From Heteronotia binoei (taxonomy: Eukaryota): DNA of 64,000 nucleotides. Location: contig NC_083238.1 in NCBI RefSeq assembly GCF_032191835.1, forward strand, positions 26,598,001 through 26,662,000, written 5' to 3'. Numbering within the stretch: position 1 is the first letter of the stretch; the number at the start of each line of letters is the position of its first letter. The notes below the pieces were generated by a model. The model worked only from the letters and a program-made list of their open reading frames with translations, had not been told where the DNA came from and made no database searches. Of this stretch, positions 24,099 through 34,330 are shown one piece after another. A program made the translations under genes and the position numbers.

Positions 24099-25119
24099 TA
24101 ATACCCTGCTGGTATTGACTTGAAAGGGGGATCTGAGTGGAGGCAAAAGGCAGTGTCTCCAGTGGGGGGGGGGGGGGGGGGGACAGAAGGATTTCAGTGC
24201 TGCATGCAAACCAAATAAGGGGGTGGGGAATCGGCAGCACAGAATAAAATTCATGTGAGATGCAAGGAGAGGGAGATACTAGAATGGGAAGCCTAAAGCT
24301 TTGCAAACATTTTTCCCTGTAATGCTTTAGTGAACAAAGTCTGAGGGGGAACCATTTTGGCAGTCTCTGGAAGCCTAACATTAAAATGGTAGCTCAGCCA
24401 CATGGAACTTCTGTGAACCGCTGAAGTTAAGAATTACTTGGGATCAATCCATTTAAGGGAAGATTGCAATCCACACAGGACAGATTTTAAAAACCTTGCC
24501 AATATCATGACCAGTGTGCAAAGAAGGGCAGGAAATTAGTGTTACTAGGGCATCAGTGAAAATGCCACACACATACTTTAAAAAAAAATTAGTGGCAAAA
24601 GACTAAAAAAGCTCTCCAGAACTTCTGCCAGAGGACTCCTCCCCCATACGAATCACAGCCCTGTGCAAAGTACAGTGGAGCTGCAGCCAACTTTGTACAA
24701 ACATGTACACACACACGCTGCCAATCATCATAGCTTGCAATGCCAATGTTATTGGGTTCCACCATACATTTTGTACACTCAACATATTCCACCATATTAT
24801 GAGATCGTGGCGAGGTCAGACACACATAAACTAATGAGATGGGCATGGATGAAAGCCAGATGCATGTCGGATTTTATGCGGTTGTCCAAACATCAGCATC
24901 TGGCAATGGTCGTTGGCTCGTTTGTGTCCCGAACTGCCATGACTGAGATGTGGATTTTTTTGATAGTACATTAAATCCAGAATAAGAATGTTTCCAATGA
25001 CTCCCGTGCGTACTTTCTATGTTTGAATGCTCCATCGTAGCCGACTCGTTGCAAGCGCACATCCGCTTCCCTGCGAGAGCTCACTCCAAATGATATCATT
25101 GTGCCAGCAATTGATGACT

Positions 25120-25298
25120 CAGCCTTCCAACCTTCCGAGGTTGGTAAAATATGTACCCAGCTTGCTGGGGGGGACAGTATAGATGACTGGAGAAGGCAAT
25201 GGCAAACCACCCCGTAAAAGGTCTGCCATGAAAACTTTGTGAAAGCAGCGTCACCCCAGAGTCGAAAACGACTGGTGCTTGCACAGGGGACCTTTCCT
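25120..25298 (+). mobile_element. Sauria-type (BovB-tail) SINE, 5'-truncated
   Basis: gactcagccttccaaccttccgaggttggtaaaat...gaaggcaatggcaaaccacccc...gcacaggggacctttcct. Confidence 0.8.
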
Positions 25299-25299
25299 A

Positions 25300-25560
25300 A
25301 ATGGGGGGGAGGCAGATTGCCCACCTTTGCTGATTCCCTGCCAGGAGAGGAAGATAACCCACCTTTGCCGTCTCCCCACCAGGCGGAGAGACAGCAAAGA
25401 GAGTTGCCGTGCTCCCCCCCCCCCATTTAAACACCACGGCAGGGTGTTTAAATGGGGGGGGGGAGGAAGATCACCCACCTTTGCTGTCTCCCCGCCAGGC
25501 GGAGAGACAGCAAAGAGAGCTCCTGGGTTTCCCCTTCCTTTCTGGGTGTTTAAATGGGTG
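25300..25560. repeat. GC-rich minisatellite built from hairpins
   Basis: Repeated ctttgctgtctc-cccgccaggcgg-agagacagcaaag, and cccccatttaaacacc / ggtgtttaaatggggg inverted units. Confidence 0.8.
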
Positions 25561-25820
25561 GGAGAGCAGATCGTACTGCGTTTGCACGAGTGTGGAATGC
25601 CATCTCAAAAAATGAGGTCCGGTTGAGACCTCTGATCAACCAGCGATGGGACCAATGCTGCTTAGAACTGAAGGATGGAGGAATGTCTGATCAGGAAATT
25701 CGTTGTAAAAAAGCTGCGGGGTATAATAGCAACGGGTTAGGGATGGATTTAATGGTGAGTGTGACCGCGGTCTGTGTGACTTTTTCACAGTGGCTGATAA
25801 TACAGCAGGGAATCCCCTAG
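25560..25820 (+). mobile_element. Possible Helitron 3' terminus
   Basis: CpG-rich segment ending gctg-ataata-cagc hairpin, 10 nt, CTAG, then T. Confidence 0.35.
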
Positions 25821-27117
25821 TGCTCAGCAATATGGAAAATTAGACTTCCAATTTTTTATGAAAAATAAAAAAATTAAGTATTATTCGCAGCTACTTGTCA
25901 GTTTCAGAAAAAGTTTGGTCTGTTGTAACAGTGAGTGGATTTTCTCCCTTTGCCTGGGTTCCTTTCTGTTCCCTTTCATTCAATGAACTAACACTGAAAT
26001 ACATGCTCAAAACCTGAACCACGAGAATGAAAATGGAAGGTGCTTGCTGGATGCTACCACGCTGCTGCGACTGGGTAAATAAAAAAAAAAAATTGGACAC
26101 CACCCTACACATGTGACATTCCTCCCCTATTTAGAAAAGTGTGTTTTTATCTAAAGAATCAACACACTGGAGGAAAAAGAATGGTGCATAAGACGGGCAC
26201 AGAATCTGAAGTCAAGATTAAACGCTTACTGCTCTGAAAATCAGCCATAAGATGTGTGTGTATAATGGGCCATAATGCCCTTTGAGAAGTAATTAACAAG
26301 ATTTTTGGAAAGGGAAATTCTGCCTCACCAACTTCCTGGAGTTCTTTAACAGTGATAACAAGCATATGGCTAAGGACTGGCTAGTTACTAGTAGTTGCTA
26401 CGTTCTTCCAAAAGGCTTCTGACAAAGTCCTTCACCAAAAGCCTCTGAAATGTGGGAATCATGAGATAAGAAAAATGTTCCCTCATGGATTAAGCAACTT
26501 GTTAAATATGAACAGAAAGTAGGAGTATATGGAACCATTCCCACAGTAGAGGAAAGCAGAGAGTAGAGATATCCAGCAACTGTAGTATGCGTATATCTGC
26601 ATTGCCACGTTCAATTTAGATGCTGCACTGAGTTTTTCAGGTTGTTTTTTTCCACAGGTGGCACAACAGATACACAACACAGAGATCATTTTGATTGCAC
26701 AAAAGCCATTCAGTGGTGCTCTGAGATGAAAAATGTTCCAACAGCAAATGGTATACCGGGTTACAGGAAACAGAAATGCCACTTTAAAGAGAATGGAGGA
26801 AAGTGAGGGAGAACAGGAGAAGTCAGGAGGGCAGTTTGCAACATTTTTAAGTCAGATATCCTCCTCCCCACACACACCTTTGTATTCAGCCTGTATTTTA
26901 CATATAAAAATAATATACCTTTGTATTAAAGGTATGGGTCATTTACTACTTTCATAATTGCTCAGAGTACTCTAAGCTCTGAATGTTCTCTTAGACTCAC
27001 TCCATGTACTCTTAAAGGTACAACCAGAATGTCATTAGTGAGGAGGCACTTGGACACAGTAAGGAATAAACAGATTGCTAGGGACTTGCAGTACTGACTG
27101 CTGCAGAGAGATCCAGC

Positions 27118-27314
27118 TAGGGTTGCCAGTCTCCAGGTGGTGGCCGGAATCTCCTGGTACTACAACTGATCTCCAGGTGTCAGAGATCAGTTCACCTGGA
27201 GAAAATAGCCTCTGGAGATGAACGCTATGGCATTATACCCAATTGAAGCCCCTCACCTTCCCAAACCCTGCCCTCCTCAGGCTCCACTTCCAAAACCCCG
27301 ATCCGGCAACCCTA
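27118..27314. mobile_element. hAT (TAGGGTTGCCA-terminated) MITE
   Basis: TIRs tagggttgcc / ggcaacccta; 6/8 TSD gatccagc / gattcatc. Confidence 0.8.
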
Positions 27315-28249
27315 GATTCATCCCCTGTCTTTCAGGAACAACTGCACAACACCCACCAGCTGTATCTGCCAAACAGCAATGGCTATTTTTAAATGACACT
27401 TAAGGGACGTTCCTGGCAGTGAAGGGGGAAAGGGAAGAACCTGCTCACTTCACCGCAGTCTCCTAGCTGCAGCTGACATCCAACTAGGCCAACTTTTCTC
27501 CACCCCTTTTCCACAGGTATTTAAACTGTGGGGCCCAGTCAGAGGTACCAGTCAAAGGGCTCTCAAGCCTGGGTCTCACAGTGTGAGACCTATAAAATCA
27601 GCAGTGCTAGACAAAAACTAGCCAGATCGGGTTGGGCTTTGTTCATTTATTTGTTTTTGTAATTCAGAACCTTCTTCTTTATGTAAGCTGCTTTCCGTCT
27701 CTCCAGGGAGAAAAGCAGCGTAAATATTAAGTATCTGAAGAAGAAATTCTAATTTTTTGTTCATTTAGTTCTACATTTTAAAGCCCAGGATTATCAATAT
27801 TCGTAGAGACAGCTTCGGAAAGACAACAGAATATAATTAGTAACAGAACCAATTACAAACAGAATTAACAGAAGTATAATGTAATTATAAACAAATGGAA
27901 ACAAATATTAAGCTTCTCTCTACATGCTATGTAACACTACTTGTAAATGTTTACACTGTTGGCTCTACTGATTATTTTATGATGAAAAATTATTAATCAT
28001 TTTGAATGATTTAAAATTAATTGTACTTTTTTTTTTATCTTTTTACTTTTGTTGTTAACCATCATAGGCAGGATTTCCTAGAGAGGCAGGACAGAAATAT
28101 TATAAATAAATGAACTAACGAAGACTGCAAAATCATGGAATCATTTTCACATGCAGTCTTCAGTGCCTCAAAGGCTGTCTGTTTTTTAGCTCATTAATGC
28201 AACAGGATTCAACAATGTAAAATAACACACGAAAATAAAATGAAGTTAA

Positions 28250-28392
28250 GAGTCCAGTGACACCTTTAAGACCAACAAAGTTCTAATTCAAGGCATGAGC
28301 TTTTGTGTGCACGCACACTTCTTTAGATACAATGAAATGGAAGAAAACTGTTCAGGGCTGAAAAGCAAATTAGCATATAACATGATGCAGAC
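28250..28392 (-). mobile_element. Penelope pseudo-LTR (inverted arm)
   Basis: Its reverse complement aligns at about 85% to 29648-29801; decayed CTAAAGA...AAAA hammerhead core. Confidence 0.8.
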
Positions 28393-29286
28393 CAGGGGTG
28401 TCGAACTCATTTCTTATGAGGGATGGATTTGACATAAATGAGACCTTGTCGGGTCAGGCCACCAGCATCCTAAAATGTAATGCCAGGTAGCATAAACTTC
28501 ATAAAGGACACAGACAAACACAATTAAAGATTTTTTTTTTAAACCCTTAAAATAAAACATGCTTAAAACTTTTGCAGTTATTTGTCTTAAAGGTGCTTTC
28601 TTTGTATCTCTCCCATGTGATCCAGGGAACTGGGCAAAGGAAGCTCTGGCTCTTTCCTTCCTTCTCCAGGGAACCAGGAGAGGGAGGAGCCTCAGTCAGT
28701 AGAAGGAAGAGATGCTTGGCTCAACAGCTCTGCTGTGTGATTGAGAGAGCAAGCTCTCCTTCACTCCTTCCTCCCCAAGGGAGGAGCCTCACCAGTGGAG
28801 AAAATAGAGGCTTTGTAGCTCTTGTGCAATTGAGCAAGCCTGGCAAAGCAACTTGTGATGCAGAAGGAAACAAGAAAGAGAGTACTGAGTTCCCCAGAGA
28901 GTACTGAGGTCTGGGACGCAAAACCTTCTCACCATCCCCGGGCCCAAAGAAGTCCGTCTCAAGACAACCAGAGACAGGGCCTTTTCCACAATGGCCCCCA
29001 CATGGTGGAACCAGCTGCCGGAAGAGGTGAGGGCCCTGCGGGATCTTACTCAGTTCCGCAGGGCCTGTAAGACAAGCCTCTTCCGGCTAGCCTACGCCTG
29101 ACTAGATTAATGTAGCTTATCAGACCTTAGTGAAATATACGGTATAGTTTTAATGTTAAGATTTTATGGTTTTTAAATGCTTTGACTTTTTAATTGTAAT
29201 AATTTTGCACTTTGTTTATTGTTTTATCATTTGTTGTGAGCCGCCCTGAGCCATTTTATGGGAAGGGCGGGATATAAGTCATAGAA

Positions 29287-29325
<39 letters not shown>

Positions 29326-29427
29326 GAAAGGAGGAGAAGGAAGCAAATGACAGCCAGTTGCTCAGGGGCCTGATAGGAGCCCTCCAGGGTCTGATTTGGC
29401 CCCCAGGGCTCATGGTTGACACCTCTG
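28393..29427 (+). mobile_element. hAT-Charlie-type MITE interrupted by an L2 fragment
   Basis: caggggtgtcgaact start and ttgacacctctg end; homologous to the copies at 40119 and 43927. Confidence 0.85.
28879..29323 (+). mobile_element. Young L2 3' fragment inserted in the MITE
   Basis: Similar to the 3' part of the L2 at 7807-8260; (AAAT)n tail; 7-bp TSD aagaaag at 28872 and 29324. Confidence 0.9.
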
Positions 29428-29830
29428 ACAAACCAGGAACAATAAGCCAAATGTACAGGGTCAACAGCTGTATGGGGGACAACTTTAAAGTAATAAATAT
29501 GTCAAAATAGGAGATAAGTGTGCAAGAGAATCATTCTCAGTTGTTCCCCCTTAATTGGATCCATACAACTGTTGACTCTGTACATTTGGCTTATTGTTCC
29601 TGGTTTGTCAGAGGTGTCAACCATGAGTTCCTGGTTTGTCTCAAAATGTCTACATCATGTTGTATGGTAATTTGCTTTTCAGCCCTGTCTATAAGTCTGA
29701 ATGGTTTTCTTCCATTTCATTCTATCTGAATAAGTGTGTGTGTACATGAAAGCTCATACCTTAAATAAAACTTCGTTGGTGTTAAAGGCGCCACTGGACT
29801 CTATCTTTATTCTATTGCTTCAGACCAACA
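29428..29830 (+). mobile_element. Penelope pseudo-LTR with fold-back junction
   Basis: ctgaataagtgtg...gaaagctcatacc...aaaggcgccactggactc...cagaccaacat tail; 67-bp inverted repeat 29409-29475 / 29561-29627. Confidence 0.8.
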
Positions 29831-29959
29831 TCATTATCCACCTGGATCTTCATAAAAATAAATATGCCTTAGCATAAAAGGTTCCAGGATATGGGCTGTT
29901 GTGGGTTCATCGGGACTTCCAATAGATAGGAGCTAATATAGCAGCATCCTGGATATCTA

Positions 29960-30064
29960 CCGTATTTGCCGGCGTATAAGACGACTTTTTTGCCCTGAAA
30001 AACATGCCTCCAAGTGGGGGGGTCGTCTTATACGCCCAGTCGTCTTATACTCCGGCAAATACGG
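29960..30064. mobile_element. Tc1/mariner (Tc2/pogo-type) MITE
   Basis: TIRs ccgtatttgccggcgtataagacgac / gtcgtcttatactccggcaaatacgg, flanked by TA on both sides. Confidence 0.9.
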
Positions 30065-30994
30065 TATATCAAATTTCCCTTTATTACTATTGCCTATTCC
30101 ATATTCTAACTGGTAACCACTATGCTAAATCCACACCATTTCTCCATTTGATTTATTTCTTTGCCCTTTGCAATTCCTAATCCATCCCATCGATACAAAT
30201 ATTCATGTTGTCATAGGCATGTGCGTCCATGTGCACACCTATGAACCCATTTTAAGTATAGATTTTAAATATAGATGCATCTCTAGAACTATGGTCCCAA
30301 ACATAATGCTGTTTTGAGGCCCTACAGCTGTGTATATCTAATTTGTACTAAATACATGTATTTTGGTATATTTGATATTATTTATGTTGCCCATTTTTAA
30401 TGGATATTATTTGGCCCTTATATTGTGGTAATTAACCTTTTGGTTTCTTAATTCAAATTGTTTGGGTTAAGTTTCTCTTCCTCCCCTCTTTTTGTTCCCA
30501 AACATAATGCCACAAATTTTTCCAGACATAAGCTTGGAGTTCAACTTGTACAAAATATGACCTATACAAAGAATACTTCTTTTTTTAAAATGTAAATTAA
30601 GCAACGATATATCTAGCAGGAATTGTCTTTAATTTAGCTGCATGAGTTTTCAGCCTTCATCTGCCCCACCTCAAGCCACAATCACATCCATCTAAAATAT
30701 TTAATTTTGACAACTGGAGGGTAAAACAAGAAAGTTGACTGACATCAACACAGATGCTAAACTCTGACTTCTATAATAGCTGTAGCCTTACAGACCAAAA
30801 CCCAAGAGAAATGGAAAAGGTCTTTAATAATTTAATTAGTAATTAATAGTATTTCTGAAAGCTGACCTGAGCTCCAGCAAGTTGAACTTTTTAAGAAGTA
30901 ATACAGCAACATCTCTGCATATGCCCATTATTTTTCTGACTTGGGGGAGGGGGAATGTGCTAGTGCAGTGAAGTAATTTAATAGTGCCAGCCCA

Positions 30995-31200
30995 AGCAGA
31001 TTGGCTTCAATGCACTCTGTTCAGACTTGCAAGAATGTCAGACCAGCACTGGGAAATCTCGGGTTCAAATCCTCACTCAGCCATGCATCTTACTGGCTTG
31101 GTCATGGACCTGTTACACTCTTTCTGTCTAACCTACTTCACAAGGATGTTCATAAGGATAAAATACGGGAAGTGAAGAATTATGGAAGGGAGTGCAGGAG
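30995..31200 (+). mobile_element. Old MIR/Squam3-like SINE
   Basis: gggttcaaatcctcactcagccatg B box and taacctacttcacaagg core. Confidence 0.6.
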
Positions 31201-32166
31201 AAAAATGTGATAGAAATCTAGATAAATTTAAGATGTTGCTCTCAGCCATGCAATTACAGATTCATTAGAAGTCATTAAAACAGTCAGCATTGGATGCTGT
31301 TCTAAGAAAAATGAATTGACCAAAAATAATAAAAGCAAAAGGTAATGCAAGACAAATTAATAGCATTAATTACACTGTTGATAAGGATGAACTCTGCCCA
31401 GAGGAATATGTTTCCCACACTTGTTTATATTCATTAAAGATCCATGTTCTACGGTTCCCACTCTTACCCTATTTTGTGTCAAGCAAAACAACTTATTCCT
31501 CTCTTGAAAATAGCTAACAAGTTCCACCCACTATGGCATTATGCATATTCTTTATTTTCCAGCCACAAAAAATAAATAACTCTCCCTAGTGCTGAAGAGC
31601 TGTTTCAAGTATTTCCATTGAACAACCTTTGTACTTTGAAGGAAAGTGTAATCCGTCCCATCCTCATGGGAATAAATCACTTAACTGGGCACATAACCAT
31701 GACAATTAAAACTCTAGACTTAAAGGAATCTTGGAAAATGCTTTCTGCATCCTCTTGAAAGCAGAAGCCAGCTCTCCAAGTTGTTCTGTTTCCTTCTGAG
31801 CAACCAGCATGAACCCCTCTGTTGATTTCATCATCTGACCTTTGGAAAGCGGCAGTCCTGGAAACAGAAGGAGCTTTTCAGCTATCTCCAAGGTTCAAAT
31901 GACATTCCCTTGCTTTAAAAGGCCAAAAAGCCTACTCTGATCAGCAGGTTAATGCCAAATCCATTACAGATACTTATGCTTTTAGCTTAGGGTTGTTATG
32001 GCATCGGGAACATATCTGAGGAATGTGTCAGACCCCCAGCAAACTTTTTTTGTGGGGCGGGGGGAGAATTACTGTGTAAGCCTTTGTTACCCCACTGCTG
32101 AAGCAAATTGCTAACAGTGAGATTCTGAGGCTTAAGAACAACAGCATTTACTTTTACATGATATAT

Positions 32167-32676
32167 CAGGGGTGGGGAACGTCAGGCTCGAGGGCCGTAA
32201 ATGGCCCTCGAGATCATTTGGTCTGGGGCTTGCTGGGCCAAGCCCCCCCTCTAGTGGGCATTGTGAAGGGCTGCTGCTGGGATATGTGGGTGCCTATAAA
32301 GGTCTGCTGGGAGCAGCTGAAGGGAGGGTGGGGTGGCAAGGGTGGGGGGTGGGAGCCAGCTACCACCAGTTCAATTTGCACATGATTATCCCAGATGGTG
32401 TGACCTAATATGCTAATATTAGGAGATGTGGTCTAATATACCTGGACCAAGGCATTTGCCTAGGGCGACGGGTCGGGGTGCGGGTGGGTGTGCTGAATTA
32501 TGCTCTCCCCCACGTGACTTCAACTAGAAAAAACAATTATTTGCATTAATTTTGCCAACCTGTATCATTCTCCCTCGGTGGAGCACTGTTTTTTAAGTTG
32601 ATAATTTTGTATGGCCCGCGAATGATGTTATAAATATCCAAATGGCCCTTGGCAGAAAAAAGGTTCCCCACCCCTG
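32167..32676. mobile_element. hAT-Charlie-type MITE
   Basis: TIRs caggggtggggaac / gttccccacccctg; 7/8 TSD tgatatat / tgctatat. Confidence 0.9.
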
Positions 32677-32799
32677 TGCTATATGAATGTATATTAATAG
32701 CATCAAATAATCTGTCACCCTCAAAGGAAGAGATTTCAAGAACTCATTCTTACCCTTTAGTTAGCAGAATGGGGGGGGGGGGGGGACTGATCACAAGAC

Positions 32800-33259
32800 T
32801 AGGGGTATTTTTTTTCTTTGTATTTTTCAGTTCAGGCTGATCGGATGAATCCCAGAATTTTGGGAATTCCTAAAAAATCCCAGATCCCAAATGGGACTGC
32901 ACTAGAGAGCCCAAGATGAAACAGCAGGGAGGCTGCTCTCTGCCAGCTCAGCTGTTTTTCGGGCTGTCTTCTGCAGTTCCATTAAATGCACCCTGTTTAA
33001 AGGAACTGCAGAAGAAACCCCCACAAAAAAACCTAAGTGGCAGGAGCAATCTGCTCCAGCTGCTCAGCCATTTTTCAGGCTTCACCAATCTTACTAGTAA
33101 TTCTTGGCTTCATCTGAAATTTTTTTCTGGGATCCCCCCCCCCCCCCCAAAAAAAAATCCAAAATACCTTTGGGATGCTGATATATTCCCGAAAAAAAAT
33201 ACTGAGAAGGTATTTTCAGGTATATTTTCAGCTCAGTTAGACCTGAATGCACACCTCTA
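32800..33259. mobile_element. hAT-type MITE
   Basis: Perfect 8-bp TSD CACAAGAC; right TIR tgcacacctcta, left TIR partly deleted; internal hairpins. Confidence 0.85.
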
Positions 33260-34099
33260 CACAAGACCTCATGGTATATTCACCTATGCACTTAACATGT
33301 GTTTCAATCAATGTATATTGTTAGTGATGGCAAAAGATGCACTATTAAGAAGGGAGAAGTAGGCTCTTGGAGTAACAGGTTTATTTACGGCTATAGGATG
33401 GTTCAATCTTCTTTCCAGAATAGGAGGGCAGGGGACAGATTTATCATAATCAATTGTTCTAGGAAAGGAAACTAGATTCCAGTCCTAATTTTCACCATTT
33501 GACTAAGCTGTCACAGTGCCATGATATATCATGGGCTAACCTACTTATACTATGATTTTTGTATGGATTAGTCAAGAACTGACTTGGAAGGAAACTCTGA
33601 GCCAGTACCCCTCAATTCTGAATGGCTAAAAAAAGGTAACTCCACAGTTACAGGAAAACCCATCTATAGCTATCTATCAGCCTGGATTGGAGATCTGTGT
33701 CAAGACTGATGACAAGACAGGTAGCTCATGTGCCTCCTCTTCTCTTTCAGAAAAAAATAACCACGCACAACTTTTCTGACTTGCAAAAGGTTTAAAATAA
33801 TTATTTTTGCTGGTTGAGGCAGTCCATAATAATAAGAGATTCCAAAGGGGGGAAAGAGGAGTTTCTTGTTTCCCGGAGGGATTGGGAAGTAAATTGGTTA
33901 TCAGTCAACTTGGAGCACAAATCTGAACAAGTGGCCAGGTGATAAAGAGCCAACTGTTTATAAGGGTTTGAAGATAAGGAAGATACCCCTTCCAAGCCTC
34001 CCAGCAATTAACACAGAACAATGGTCACATTCAACAGCCAGTTTCCTTATCACTACCCTTCCAGGAAGCCCCACCAAACAATGGGCACATCCACAAACC

Positions 34100-34330
34100 A
34101 ATTGCCCTTTCATCACACCTCCTCCAGCCTAGAAATAGCAGCTCTCCAGCAGCCCTGGCCCCACTCAATGCACAGCAGCCAAGAAGGTCTGAGCGCCTGC
34201 TCCGGCTGCAACGCCACTGAGGATGTTCTCCGCAGCTGAGAACGAAACGTCTGGAAGGAAAACTTTCTCCAGTAGAACACGGCACTTGATCCCGAAAGAC
34301 TCTACAAACCCTAATGATGTTACCAGCCGT
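34100..34330 (+). mobile_element. Penelope-like element 3' pseudo-LTR
   Basis: ctgaggatg...cgaaacgtctgg...agaacacggc...cccgaaagac...agccgtgaaaacctgaaatct, the usual layout of squamate PLE tails. Confidence 0.75.
34214..34254 (+). ncRNA. Minimal type-I hammerhead ribozyme motif
   Basis: cca-CTGAGGA-t-GTTCTC-cgcagct-GAGAAC-GAAA-CG-TC-tgg: intact core, 6-bp stem II, palindromic stem III, GUC cleavage triplet. Confidence 0.7.

Noticed and set aside
24163-24182. Long poly-G/C runs (also ~32771, 33135, 55364) as G-quadruplex regulators
   Set aside because: Homopolymers are frequent throughout the window, their length is error-prone, and there is no contextual support.
24874-25062. Helitron helicase motif (resemblance of KKSTSQS / LSHG to TINKSQGQS / FSHGQ)
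   Set aside because: Too few identities, split across frames; consistent with chance.
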